From: Eledone cirrhosa
Taxonomy: Eukaryota
Direction of reading: 5' to 3'
NCBI GenBank assembly: GCA_964016885.1
Contig: OZ024750.1
Span: 54,870,001-54,934,000 of the forward strand
DNA length: 64,000 bases
The first letter of the stretch is position 1; every line of letters begins with the position of its first letter. Below are positions 13,225-29,008 of the stretch, in pieces. The notes under the pieces were generated by a model, which was given only the letters and a program-made list of their open reading frames with translations, was not told where the DNA came from and ran no database searches. The position numbers and the translations under genes were made by a program.

Positions 13225-13275
13225 AGCTTCTACAGGACTAGAACTGTTTCATTCATGAGAAATCATCAGGGAGCT
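13225..13275 (-). ncRNA. Type I hammerhead motif (GUA site)
   Basis: agctcc CTGATGA tttc tcat gaat GAAA cag ttctagtc ctg TA gaagct; weak stem II and one stem I mismatch. Confidence 0.65.
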
Positions 13276-13766
13276 GCCTGTCCAAGTAGTGGTATTTATA
13301 TCTTTTCTTTTCTGGTGGTAGGAGAGGTGGGGGTTGGGATGGGTGGAGGTCATTGGTTGAAGGATTTAAAGAAAAGGGAGTTCATTAAAAGCTAATTCTT
13401 TAAAGCTATAGTATTAACAAAGGCAGGAAGAATACTGTAAACAAAATCATGTATGGAATACCAATCCTAGTTTATCACTTAGACTAACAATGGCTGTAAG
13501 ACAGGTGTCTACAGGATGGGTGGGGTTCAATGGTTTAAAGAAAAGGGAAATTCTTTAAGGCTGAAATAAGGGTGACAAAGGCAGAAAGGGTTCCATCAAC
13601 AGATTCAAGTGTTGGGGTGATTCCCCCTATTGTGAATTTTCTTTTAATATATATTCCAGTTGTTGACAAACACATTCACACACATACACGCACACACACA
13701 CAACAAACATACATAATGGTACATACACACATACACATATACAAATATATACACATATATACACAT

Positions 13767-15123
13767 ATCATCATCATCATCATTGTTTAACGTCCATCTT
13801 CCACGCTTGCATGGGTTTGGACGGGAGTTTTCCCACTTGAGGTAAGATTTGTTGTCCTGCTCGTATAGGACTGTCTGGCGGGTTTTCTACGGCTGGGTGC
13901 CCTTCCCAACACCAACCACGTTTACAGTGTGAACTGGGAGGTTTTTACCGTGTTACCTACATGGCCACATTACAGCGTGGACTGTGTGGTTTTTTTTGTC
14001 GTGACACCTACACGTCTGGCGGGTTTTCTACGGCTGGGTGCCCTTCCCAACACCAACTACGTTTACAGTGTGGACGGGGAGGTTTTTACCGTGTTACCTA
14101 CACGGCCACATTACAGCATGGACTGTGTGCCCTTTTGTCGTGACACCTACACACCCTCATTTGTTTCGGACTGGATGCTGTGGTACCAACATAACTTTAC
14201 ATTGGATGGGGTGGGGGTAGTGGGGCCGGGGTGTATTTTTGTTAGAGGTGCCTAGTGACTGTAGGTTTCGCTTTGTACTTAGGCAAGGCGGGTCTTCTCT
14301 ATTACTGAGTACCGCCAAAGATCTCGGTCCAGTGACATTGTCTTGGAGAGGTGTAAGTGTGTGAGGTCTGATTTTAGCAAGTCGTCCCAGGTTTTTCTGG
14401 GTCTGCCTACTCCGTGGCTACCATCGATTTTTATCGCCCTGCACTTTTTTATACAGCTGTCGTCTTTCATGCGCATCACGTGACCATACCAACGTAGTCT
14501 TCTCTCAAATAAACAGCATCTGATCCCTCTTATCCCTAATTTCTCCCTTAGTTCGTTTATGCTTTGCCGTTCACGTATATTACTATTACACGTCCAACGG
14601 AGCATGCAAGCTTCGTTCCTCTCCAGTCTGCGTATATCCTCTGCACACAATGCCCAGGTCTCACTGCCATGCAACATTGCTGTTCTTATGCAGGCATCAT
14701 ACAGCCTGCCTTTCATTTTTAGCGGCCAATAGTGGTATAAGCTCTCTGAACTTTTTCCATCCCGTTCTGACTCTAGCTACTGTACTTTCAGAGCACCCTC
14801 CACCACTGCTGATTTTGTCACCCAGGTAACGGAAGCTGTCCACTATTTTTATAGAACCATCTGTGCAATGGAATGAGCTAGTATTCTGTGGGCACTTGCT
14901 GCTACTTATTGCACCAGAGCACCGGCCACATATAAAATCTATATTCTTAGTTAGCTTACGTGTGATCCCACTACATCTTTTACGCACCCATACTTTGCAT
15001 TTGGGGCATAAAATGGAGTTTCTACCTACTCCTTTCCTACACACTGAGCATGGCCATTTCCCAGATGGGACCGGTGCCCTATTTTCCTTCCTACAAACTA
15101 GAACTTTATTCTTAGACAGATTA
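13767..15123 (-). mobile_element. RTE LINE 3' fragment (subfamily A)
   Basis: ORFs 14279-14716 and 14697-15362; (CAT)n tail at 13767. Confidence 0.9.
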
Positions 15124-15532
15124 ATTATATATATATACATATATATATATATGTTATATATATGTGTGTGTGTGCATATGTATGTACACATATTTGTATG
15201 TATGTGTATATATATGTGTATATATTTGTATATGTGTATGTGTGTATGTACCATTATGTATGTTTGTTGTGTGTGTGCGTGTATGTGTGTGTACGTGTGT
15301 AAGTGGGCGAGTGTGTGAATGTGTTTGTCAACACCTGGAATATATATTAAGAGAAACTTCACAATAGGGGGCTTACCCCAACACTTGAATCTGTTGATGG
15401 AACCCTTTCTGCCTTTGTCACCCTTATTCCAGCCTTAAAGAATTAGCTTCTAAAGAATTTCCCTTTTCTTTAAATCATTGAACCCCACCCATCCTGTAGA
15501 CACCTATCTTACAGCCATTGTTATACATATAT

Positions 15533-15590
<58 letters not shown>

Positions 15591-15630
15591 ATATATTAAT
15601 AAATGCAAACTATATTTATAAAACCATATT

Positions 15631-15696
15631 TATTTTATTATACATATTTCAAGGGCAACCAAGGCAAATTATGGTGCACTTTCATCAGATAAAATA
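15631..15696 (-). ncRNA. Minimal type I hammerhead ribozyme motif
   Basis: tattttat CTGATGA aagtgcacca taatttgcct tggttgccctt GAAA tatgta TA ataaaata; same stems I/III as the 12.6-kb pair with a different stem II. Confidence 0.85.
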
Positions 15697-15911
15697 CAGA
15701 TTTGTTTTATAAATAAATATTGACATACCCGGTAAAAAGACAACCTTAATGCTTGGAGAATCCTGGAAGCTATCCAGGAAGCTCCACCCTTTAAGGTTGT
15801 CTTTCCATTTATTAATATATTGTGTATTTACTCCACTAAACTGTTGAGTGCTTTATATCAGTTATAAAAAATTTTAAACTTGTTGAATTCCAACAAATTA
15901 AATATAACCTC

Positions 15912-15952
<41 letters not shown>

Positions 15953-16600
15953 CATATATATATATATACATATAACATATATATATATACATATATACAT
16001 ATAACATATATATATATATATATATACATATATAAATATAATTTAAGCTAGAATCGTATTTCGGCTGGTAGAAAAAGCGAAACGAAACGCAAAATCATAG
16101 AAATGCTGGCAAGCGCTCAATAGTTAAAAAAACATAGCTAAACAATATGTTAAAACGCCATACAAATTGAAAAAGTGATCGAGAAGGCATTAACCACCTA
16201 AGCCAAAAAACAGATCTAGCTAAACAGGTCAAACAAAATAAATGATAAAAAGCTGGACCCAAATTGAACTGGTGGTAAAATCCAAATGCAGGGTTTCTAT
16301 GACACCTAAACCAATAATACAGTCTGCTTAAAACTATAAGCTTTCAGCATAAAGATCAAACAAGGAATATCACGTTATCAACAGGTAATTCTGCTCTGTA
16401 ACCAACTTTGCGAGTGACACCGAACATAGTAAAGGCACATGCGTAAGTCACAAGAGGAAATTCCACATATTTTGGCAAAGGAATTCAGTATGTGTTTATC
16501 ATACAAAAAATTAGATAGCACAAATCGAATAAGCACTCAACCGGGTAGTTTTAAAAAATAAACTTATGCAATTAATCTGTCAATAGAATTATTAACAGGT

Positions 16601-16643
<43 letters not shown>

Positions 16644-16762
16644 GTTTGTAGGAGGTTGGTGTTAGGAAGGGCATCCAGCTGCAGAAATCAAGCCAGAATC
16701 AGTTCCCGTCCCACTCTTGCAAGCAGGGAAAAGCGGACATAAAATGATGATGATGATGATAC

Positions 16763-16793
<31 letters not shown>

Positions 16794-16889
16794 CTCTCAT
16801 GCATACACACGTATACACACATTCATATATATATATTTATATAGTAAAGCACTTTACTATTAGGATTATATATATATCTATATATGTTG

Positions 16890-17175
16890 CCTTGGCTGCT
16901 ATTTCTAGCGCTAAAATTAAAACCGGAAGTGGACAAGATGAAAAAAGTTACCTAAAATTCAGCCTCAACTTTTTAAACAATAGATTTTTTTATGTCAACA
17001 AACGGAGAATATTTGGCAAGAAAGATAACTCTTGTCTTACTTAAAGCCGGAAATTGAGTTAAAAATTTTGCGGGTCTGCAGTTTATATAAACCTTCTTAT
17101 TTGGTCTTGTTAACTGGCATTTGACTGCTATTTCTAGCATATATTAATAGACACTTTAGAAATAGCAGCCAAAAG
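16890..17175. mobile_element. MITE-like element with short inverted ends
   Basis: ttggctgctatttcta (16892) versus tagaaatagcagccaa (17157). Confidence 0.5.
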
Positions 17176-17367
17176 TCAGTTAATAACACTATAGGAAACA
17201 CCAGAAAGAAGGACTCATGCACACACACACATATATATATATATATATAAATGTGTGTGTGAATTATTTTTCCCACATCTTACGTTAACTATTTTCCCAT
17301 TTTGACGCTATAGTCACTTATATATTATGGAATACTGTTGGCTTCTTGCTACAATAATTTCTATACT

Positions 17368-17399
<32 letters not shown>

Positions 17400-17575
17400 C
17401 ATCATCATCATCATCATCGTTTAACGTCTATATTCCACGCTTGCATGGGTTTGGACGGGAGTTTTCCCACTTGAGTCAAGAGTGGTTGTCTTGCTCGCAT
17501 AGGACTGTCTGGCGGGTTTTCTACAGCTGCATGCCCTTCCTATACATGTACACACACACAGACACGTGTGTGTGC

Positions 17576-17621
<46 letters not shown>

Positions 17622-17722
17622 GCGCACAAATATATTAATATATGTGCGTATATATATATAATATATGTATGTATGTGTGTGTATATATGTGTATGTGTAC
17701 TTATTCATACATACATATATAT

Positions 17723-17767
<45 letters not shown>

Positions 17768-17770
17768 TAT

Positions 17771-17811
<41 letters not shown>

Positions 17812-17840
17812 TATGTTTATATATATATATGTAAATACAC

Positions 17841-17882
<42 letters not shown>

Positions 17883-17883
<1 letters not shown>

Positions 17884-18225
17884 TGGAGGCACATGGCTTT
17901 GTGGTTAGAGCATTGGGCTTGCATTCGAAAGGTTGTGGGTTCAATTCTTAGACCGGGTGATGTGTTGTTTCCTTGAGCAAGACACTTCATTTCACATTGC
18001 TCCAGTTTACTCAGCTGTAGAAATGAGATGATAGGACTGGGGTCCCTATCATTCCACTGCAAAGTGGTCGTGGAGGTGCCACGGCAAAAAAAGCACCCAG
18101 CACTCACTGTAAATGAGGTTGGTGTTAGGAAGGGCATCCAGCTGTAGAGATCAAGCCAGAATCAGTTCCCATTCCACCCTTGCAAGCAGGGAAAAGCGGA
18201 CGTAAAATGATGATGATGATGATGA
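17883..18225 (+). mobile_element. SINE family 1 copy
   Basis: tRNA-like head, CORE-like box, RTE tail, (GAT)n. Confidence 0.85.
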
Positions 18226-18226
18226 T

Positions 18227-19070
18227 TGATGAACATTTATTATGGTGAAATATGTAGGAAATCATTCTCAGAGGTTTTGAATTGTAATTAACAAATACAC
18301 TCTGTAGAAAGTACCCCTTCATATTATTTGTCATTAAGGGCTCTTACAGAGACACAATCTCATTTCATTGTTGAGGCTGGTGGATTGGCAGAATCAGTAG
18401 AGTGTCAGACGATGTGTCATATAGTCACTTCCCTTTACATTCTGTGTTAAAATCCTGCTGAGGTTAGCTTTACTTTTCTTCCTCAGAGGTTCAGTAAAAT
18501 AATGTACCAGTAATCCACTGGGGTTGATTTAATCAACTTTCTCCTTCACTTACAATTACTGGCCTTGAGTTAAAAGTAGAAACAGTTATTTAAAGCCTTT
18601 AAACAATAGATAGAATGCTTTCTGCCATATTTGTTCTGGTTCTCTGCTCTGGGTTTAAATCCTGCTGAGGTCAACTTTGCCTTTCATCCATTCAAGGTTG
18701 ATAACAAAAAAGAACCAGTCTACCACTGGGGTCTGTTCTTCCTTTCTATATTTCTATTTCACTTCCTCTCTCTCCTTCTCTAGAAGAAATCCACTGTTCC
18801 AACCTGGTGAGTGAAGGGCTCCACCAAGCTTCAAATGTCCACAGTGACACCCCTATGACTCCACCATTAAAAAACAAAACAAAAGAATTATGTTTTTATT
18901 TTGTAAACCTTAACTGGTTTATATCTGACAAAATATCCACATTTATGTGTAAATAGAACAATTCTATAACTTTAATATCTGTTGGATGGTACTTTCATGA
19001 CAGTTGAAATTATGACTTTTTAAAAATATAATTCACATTTGAAAATACTTTATAACTTTCTCTTTTTCTT
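18227..19070 (+). repeat. Local duplication of the ZNF downstream block (paralogue at ~27930-28750), including a decayed finger and family 2 SINEs
   Basis: gaacatttattatggtgaaatatgt...atttgaaaatacttta shared between the two blocks. Confidence 0.85.
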
Positions 19071-19544
19071 CAGCCATTTATTTCTGAGAGGGTTGTAGGG
19101 GGTAGAGTCCTCACATACCCCTTCTAGGTCCTATGTGTGTAAAATTTCCTCTTTACACTACACACACACAACAACACATCACTCTGCACACACACACATA
19201 CACACACCACATCAAAACACCACAATACACACCCCATCCCACACAACAGACACACATCATACCATACCACACCACATACCACACCACAACACATACAAAC
19301 CAGGTAGTTATACCAACCCAGTATCTTGGTTTTAGTGATACTTTTGTAACAAATCTCAACATCCCAGACCTTAGCAACTGGAGTGGAACTCATCAGATTG
19401 CACATTAAATGATGAGCTGTGACATCATTGGTGTCAACCTGTTTCAGCCATTCCTTTGGACAACAATGTATAGATATATAGAAATCATATATAAATGTGT
19501 GTGGGTGTGTGTGTTCTGGAGACTAGGTGCAGGGGTGGGTCTGC

Positions 19545-22500
19545 TAGATTCATTGTGGGTAAAAAACGATGCTATAAACTTTTCTGGGTGGGAAAGGACA
19601 AAGGGCTGGGTGGAGTAGGAATTATGTGAGCAGAGAAATGGGTAGATAAGGTAATTGCCCTAAAGAGATTGAATGACAGAATAATTAAAATAAGAGTTGT
19701 TCTAAATGGAACAACTATGACAATAATATCCACTTATGCACCCCAATCTGGTCTACTTGATGTTATAAAAGACAGGTTCTATGATTTGCTAATGTTCATT
19801 TCCTCCCAAATAACAGACAGTGACTGCATAATTATTGCTGGTGACCTAAATGGTCACATTGGACAACATAGTGATGGCTATGATGGAATCCATGGAGGCT
19901 ATGGGTTTCGTATTAGAAATGAGGAAGGCTTCAGGATCCTGGAATTTTGTGACACTAATAACCTAACTATCTGTAACACAAACTTCAAAAAAGCAAGACA
20001 ATCACTTGGTCACCTGTAGATCAGGGGAACACGCCAGCCAGATACACGATATCCTTACTAGAAGACGTGACAGAGTGTCTGTGTAAACAGTAAATCCCTC
20101 CCCCGTGAAGAATTCACCTCCCAACATAACCTAGTAGTTAGTGACCTCATAGTCAGGACTAGACATAATTGACGACAGAGGAGAACTACCTTGAGGAGAA
20201 GATGGAAGTTGAAGCCCCTCACAGCCAGTGACAAATTTAAAAGCATATTAGTTAATGCTTTTGACAGTAAAGAGGTGCAATTAGAGACATACAATATAGA
20301 GGAACAGTGGGTATACTTGAAAGTTAACCTGCTGAAGGCGACAGATGAGATCTATTGCTGGAGCAGACCTATAGGTAGGAGGAGAGTAACTTGGAGGTGG
20401 AGGAGACAATCAGGCTTGGAAAGTATTGTGGGATGGGGAAAGTAGAGAACACTATTAGGTGGCCAGGAGACAATTGTACTTTGCAAGAAGGGAAGCAGAG
20501 AATAGAAAGTTCAAGCATGTTCTACAATGTGAGGTGTTCAGGATCGCAAAACAAAGTGTCAAGGAAAACCATGATATTGTCAGGGAGAAGTGTGTCCGTG
20601 ATGATGATGGTGTACTTGCCGTCACTGATATTGATAAGAAGGTAGCTTGGAAGTGTCGCTACAAGAGACTACTAAAAGAGGAGAATAAATGGAAAAAAGA
20701 TAGTATGCCCCAAATCAATCTAATAGAGGGACCAGCAGTGCAAGTTAATGGTAGTATAGTAAGTAAGGCAATCAAAGATATGAAGACAGGCAAGGCAGCT
20801 GGGCCTTTGGAGATAGTTGTTGAGATGTTGAAAGCATCTGGAATGGTGGAACATACTATGGACACCCAGATAGTAAACCAAGTAATACAGAATGGGGTCA
20901 TACCAGATGACTGGCGTAGAAGCATCATCATTTACTGCTACAAGGGTAAAGGAGATACACTAGATAGGGGAAACTATAGAGGCCTTAAGGTAGTTGACCA
21001 GGTCATGAAGGTCACAGAAAGAGTTATTGCACAACTAATCAGCGACCAAATTGATCTAGATGAAATGTAGTTTGGGTTCATGTCAGGTAAAAGTACCACA
21101 GATGCTTTTTTCCTTGTACAACAACTACAGGAGAAGTACCTATCTAAAAGTAAACACCTTATACTTAGATTTTGTTGACTTGGAGAAAGCCTTTGACCGA
21201 GTCCCCCGCTCCATTATCTGGTGGACCCTTAGACAACTAGGAGTAGATGAATGGCTTGTGAGAGCTATACAAGCCATGTATAAAGAAACAGGCAGTAAGG
21301 TTAGAATTAACAATGAACATAGTGAAGAATTTAGTGTAAAAGTAGGTGTTCAGCAAGGCCCCATCCTTAGCTTCCTCCTGTTTATTATTGCCCTTCAGGC
21401 TATAACAGAGGGGTTTAAGACCAGCTGCCCATGGGAATTTCTATATGCAGATGCTCTAACTCTCATAGCTGAATCTATGGCTGAACTAGAGAAGAAATTC
21501 CAAAAATGGAGGCATGGCCTTGAATCAAAAGGCCTTAAAGTTAACTTGTCTAAGACTAAAGGTCTGGTATGTAGAAAAGAAAATAGGGCACTGATGCCTT
21601 GCTCGGGTGAAATAAGCAGCAAGTACCCACAAAATACTAGCATCTTCTACTGCCCAGATGGTTCTATATAGTGGACACTTTCCGTTGCCTGGGTGACAAA
21701 ATCAGCAGTGGTGGAGGGTGCTCTGAAAGTGTAGTAGCCAGAGGTAGAACGGGATGGAAAAAGTTCAGAGCTAATACCGCTGCTAGACACAAAAAGTTTC
21801 TCTCTAAAAATGAAAGGCAGATTGTATGATGCCTGCATACGAAGTGCAATGCTACATGGCAGTAAGACATGGGCATTGTGTGCAGAGGACCTGCACAGAT
21901 TGGAAAGAAATGAAGCATGCGTGCTCTGTTGGACGTGTAATTGTAATATACATGAACGGCAAAACATAAAGGAACTAAGTGAGAATTAGGAATAAGAGGG
22001 ATCAGATGCTGTTTACTTGAGAGAAGATTACGTTGGTATGGTCATGTTATGCGCATGATAGATGACAGCTTTATAAAAATGTGCAGGGTGATCAAAATTG
22101 ATGGAAGTTATGGAGAAGGTAGACCCAGAAAAACCTGGGACGACATAAAATCCAACCTTGCACACTTACACCTCTCTTAGACAATGTCACTGGATCGTGA
22201 TCTATGACACCACACAGTAACAGAGAAGACCTGCCTTCCCTATGTGCAAAGTTAACCTACAGTCAGTAGGCCCCTCCTAACCAAATATACACCCAACCCA
22301 CCACCCCTACTCCATCCTCCCACTCCCACCAACACCACCCTGTCTCTGTAAAGTTATGTTGGTACTACAACATCCAGTCCAAACTAAAGAGGTCGTGTAG
22401 GTGTCATCACGAAAAGACTCCCAGTCCACGCTGGAAATGGGGTTGGTGTTAGGAAGGGCATCCAGCTGTAGAAAACCTGCCAGATACAGTCCTATACGAG

Positions 22501-22601
22501 CGAGACACGGTCACCCGATCTATCCTGCCTCAAGTGGGACAATTCCCGTCTAACCCATGCTAGCGTGGAAGACAGACGTTAAATGATAATGATGATGATG
22601 A
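19545..22601 (+). mobile_element. Long degenerate RTE LINE (APE endonuclease + RT)
   Basis: STYAPQ, AGDLNGH, YKGKGD..RGNYRG, FVDLEKAFDRVPR and LYADA motifs across frameshifted ORFs; (GAT)n tail. Confidence 0.92.
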
Positions 22602-23387
22602 TATATAGTGTATATAATAGTTGTAATGTCACTGGTGCTGATCTATATCAGCCTTTCCCTTGGACAACATGACATATAGTCTATATATATTGGACAATAT
22701 TATAGTGTATATGTGGTGTATATAGTAGTTGTGACAATATTCTATATACATATGTACACACACACTGACAAACATGTATATACATATAGAAGGGTCAGAT
22801 GAGGAGTTCATAGGCTGACCAAGTTACTCTCATGGAATGAGACAATGTATACACATATATATACTATATATATGTATACAAACACATATATATTGTATAG
22901 TGAAGTCATACAACATATGGTAATATCATGTTTTCAATTGTCAGTTAGGGAGGTACATTGTGTCCTTAAGCAAGACACATCATTCCACATGTCCCTAATC
23001 TCCACAGCTGAAAAAGACAAGTATCAGCTTTAGTTGGAGGTTTAGCATGGGTTGGATCATTCTCTGCCTCCAACATTTTCCCTGCAGCCACAAACCCTGG
23101 CTTTACTACCTGCAATAGAGAGAAGAGGGAGATAGTTAAATACCGGGGGGGGGGGGGGCTGGGGCTGACAAACCACTTCCTCTCTGTCCCCACACTGCTG
23201 ATTTCCTTCTCAAAATTAGAAAGACAACAGCCTACTTGAGGAAGTAGTCCCATGAGGTGGGGTGGATGTTGCTGTGAGTGTCTCTGGCTATTCTCTGTGT
23301 TAACACCTTTGCCATTTTGTCTGTAGGGTGGGGCTGAATCACAGCTCAGACTGAAATATGGAGTCTGTCCCTCTCCCGTTATTTTCG

Positions 23388-23575
23388 TTGGATTGGCAGT
23401 GTCGGTAGAGCGTCGGACGCCATGCTTTGTAGCATAGAGTTACCTCCCTTTATGATCTGGGTTAAAATCCCGCCATGGTTAACTTTACCTTTCATCCTTA
23501 CGAGGTCTATAAAATAAAGTACCAGTAATACACTGGTTAAATTGCTGGCCTTGTGCCTAAAGTAGAAACAATTAT
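23388..23575 (+). mobile_element. SINE family 2 (Meta-domain-like centre); other copies near 18380, 28078, 31905(-), 32180(-), 33017(-), 58797, 59012
   Basis: ggattggcag..ggtagagcgtc head; aactttgcctttcatcct..gataaaataaagtaccagt centre; ggccttgtgcctaaa..gaaac tail. Confidence 0.8.
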
Positions 23576-23924
23576 TTTTGTTGTCTGATTCGTTTTTTTT
23601 TTTCCATTACTTAAATATTTTATTACCTTTAATAATGTGTTTTGGTTTAATATGAACAGTTATATAAAATTAATAACGTTATTTATTCAAATCTGAATAA
23701 AGTACTAGCATATCTATTGAACGTATGAATCTAAACTATAATAAAAGGAGGGGCGTGGGTTTGTGTACGGTTTATAATTTGTTATCCCATTAGTAACATA
23801 AGTTGGATTACTTTGAATAAATAAGGAATGAATATTACATAATTTATCTACTAAATTTCGTGGCTGTTGATTCAATATATTTTGTTTATTTAAAGATTCA
23901 CTTCTTTAAAATTTCTGAAATGTC

Positions 23925-24612
23925 AACACTTCCGGTTGGCCATCACTTCAATAAACATACATTTTCTGTCACTAATTTCTCCTAATGCAGTTTATATATA
24001 ATATCGTCTTTTTTAATGTATCATGGATTACGTTACTGATTACATAAGACAGTGTAACACAGCCTTCGTTCAATTTCTGTGTATTATATATTGTCAATTA
24101 CGATTTTATTTGATGTATCATATCTACATGTATATATATACTTGTGTATAATATCAATATACACACTACACATGCTAGCAGAAAACCGCCGGAAAGTAGT
24201 TTTCTGCTAGTTCATATAACGGAAGTTGTTTCTGAATGTATTAAATTATGTAGGGGACTTTCAAGTCATGACACCGGTGTCAACTAGACAGTGGAAAGTT
24301 ATCTACAATGGCTCCATCGTTACAACTTATATCCAAATTTATGTTTAACAAAATACTTTACATTTCCATTTCTTAAATATTTTATTCCCTTTAATATTGT
24401 GTTTTGTTTTAATATGAACAGTTATGTAAAATTAATAATGTTATTTATACAAATCTGAATAAAGATCTAACATTTGATTGAAGGTGTGAAGTAATATAAC
24501 GGAAGTTGTTTCTGAATGTATTAAATTATGTGGGGGACTTTTAAGTCATGACACCGGTGTCAACTAGACAGTGAAATATTACCATTTATATCAGCTCCAT
24601 TGTTACAACTTA
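23925..24612 (+). promoter_or_regulatory. Possible ZNF promoter region with ETS-type CGGAAGT motifs in a ~280-bp tandem duplication
   Basis: acttccgg (23928) and aacggaagt (24218, 24498); duplicated block 24213-24330 / 24493-24612. Confidence 0.3.
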
Positions 24613-25445
24613 AACCTCATCTAATTTTATCTTTTATGGTGATTATTTCATATTAAGGTGGACGTTAATGTTTGTAAATAACATAAGGTGACTTATTTAC
24701 CTTATAGTTGTTGTTTTATCACCTGTATTATTGAAGTGGTTGTTCAACATTTTACAGGTCAGGAAAATATTATTTTAATCAGAAATCAGTGAACATTTAG
24801 TTTTTACTAACTTTTATTGACTTTATATTTGGTCTTGAAAACTAAAGTACGTATTATTTCGTTTTCCACCACAACACAAACATTGTGAACTTTTCTATCT
24901 GAAGTGAAATATCTTGATTTATTACAACACCTACACACATATTTCTACACACACACACGTCTATTTATTTCTCTCTCTCATACCTACACACTGTATGTCT
25001 GTATATATATATATGTATATATATTAACCTTCATCTTTTGAATTTATGGATATTAATTCTCTTGTCACCTGAACTGTCCCCAATAACAAGAACCTTAACT
25101 ATAGAAGTCTTATTCGTCTGTTTTATGAGCTGAGGATTTTATTGTGAATAGAGCTTCTCTCACCTTAACAATAATAATAGTGGTATATTCCACAATAATC
25201 ACACACATATATATAAGCACTTGCCTTTTCTTCATCCAAGATCAGTCTTACACTGTCATATGTCTTATTACTTGTACCAACTAAATGCTACATTACAACT
25301 TGTAGAAGAAGAAAGCAGACTTCTGCAGTCTTTTATGGAACCTTTGTATATTAGAATACATGGCATCTATTAACGATATCTTCATTTCTTAATGTATCAG
25401 TAAAAGTAGTGAGAATCCTTTATGTAAAGATCACTAGCTAGAAAT

Positions 25446-27131
<1,686 letters not shown>

Positions 27132-27227
27132 ACCCCATCACTGTGAAATGTGAAACACAAATATACAGACACACTCTGGAAGGAAGAATATAAAATGTGA
27201 AGCTTGAAAAATCCTTATCTTATACTT

Positions 27228-27668
27228 ATCACCGTTTTACCTCATGTGACCTCGTCTTGCTCGTACGGGAACTGATTTTGGCTTGATTTCTACAGCTTGA
27301 TGTCCTTCTTAACACAAAACCTCATTTACTGTGTGTGCTAGGTGCTTTTTTTACCATGGTGCCTACACAGCCACTTTGCTCTGGGGGCTGGATGCTTTTT
27401 TGTTGACCACTTTGCAGTGGGTGGGGATGGGGACATATTTGTCTATATGCTTCAGCTTCGGCTTGTAGCCGTGTGAAGTCAGGTCTTCTGTATTACTGCA
27501 CGATGCCAGAGGGCACCGTCCTGCGTCATCGCTTTTGAGAGGTTCAATTGGGCAAGGTCAGCTTTTATCACCTCATCCCGGGTCTTCCTGGATCTCCCCA
27601 CTCCAAGGCTTCCAGCGACATTTAGTGCTCAGCACCTTTTAATGCAGCTGTCATCCTTCATATGCATC
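27228..27668 (-). mobile_element. RTE LINE 3' fragment (subfamily B)
   Basis: Homologous to 54450-54880. Confidence 0.75.
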
Positions 27669-29008
27669 TATATATATATACTCTATCAAATGGAAGAAGT
27701 ATACTGCCATATATTGAAGATTACTACAATAACTAGGGAGCGAAGGACAAGATATGCCAGACATTCCTACCGATGAATGGATGACCTGATGAGCTGGCTC
27801 CTGTGGTGGATACCTAAACATAGTAAGACCCTAGTGAGATGACTGAAAATGACCTACATAGATCAGATGTCTAGGGATGTTCAGGTAGGGATTAATGACC
27901 TCAAGAATCCCACGAAATAATAATATATATTCATGAACATTTATTATGGTGAAATATGTTGGAAATTATTCTCAGGTTTTGTATTGTAATCCACAAATAC
28001 ACTCTGTAGAAAGTTCTACTTCATATTTGTCATTAAGGTTTCTTATAGAGAGACAATCTTATTTTATTGGTGATGGTGGTGGATTGGCAGAATCTGTAGA
28101 GTGTCAGACGATATGCTTTGTGTCATATAGTTACATCCCTTTACGTTCTGTATTAAAATCCTGCTGAGGTTAGCTTTACTCTTCTTCCTCAGAAGTTCAG
28201 TAAAATAAAGTACCAGTAATGCACTGGGGTTGAGTTAAAAGTAGAAACATTTATTTAAAGTCTATAAAACAATAGATAGAATGCTTTCTGCCATATTTGT
28301 TCTGGTTCTCTGCTCTCTGAGTTTAAATCCTGCTGAGGTCAACTTTGCCTTTCATCCATTCAAAGTTGATAACAAAAAAGTACCAGTCTGCCACAGGGGT
28401 CTGTTCTTCCTCCCTATATTTCTTTCTCACTTCCTCTCATTCTCTGGAAGAAATCACCTGTTCCAACCTGGTGAGTGAAGGGCTCCACCAAGCTTCAAAT
28501 GTCCACAGTGACACCCCTATGACTACATCAGTGCAAGAAAAACAAAACAAGACTGATGTGTTTATACGTGGTATTTTACAAACACTAACTGGTTTATGTT
28601 TATATTTATGACAAAATATCCACATTTATGTGTAAATAAAAACAATTTTATAACTTTAATATTTGTTGATGGTACTTTCATGACAGTTGAAATTATGACT
28701 TTTTTTAGAAATAATTCACATTTGAAAATACTTTACAACTTTCTTCTCTTGCCAAACAAAGGTTTGGTAGGACCCTTCAGTTGTGTCAAAGACATGACAA
28801 CCTCTTTAGTACTGGTGCCACAATAAAATACACTCAGTAGAATGTAGAATAACCACTGCCCCCTGGTTTGTAAAGACCTGTCCCACCCTTGCTAGCAGGG
28901 AAAGTAGACATTAAATGATGATCTATGATGTCATTGGTGCCAAGTTGTTTCAGCTATTCCTTGGACAACGTTATATGTAATGTGTATGTAGTATATATAT
29001 AGTTTATA

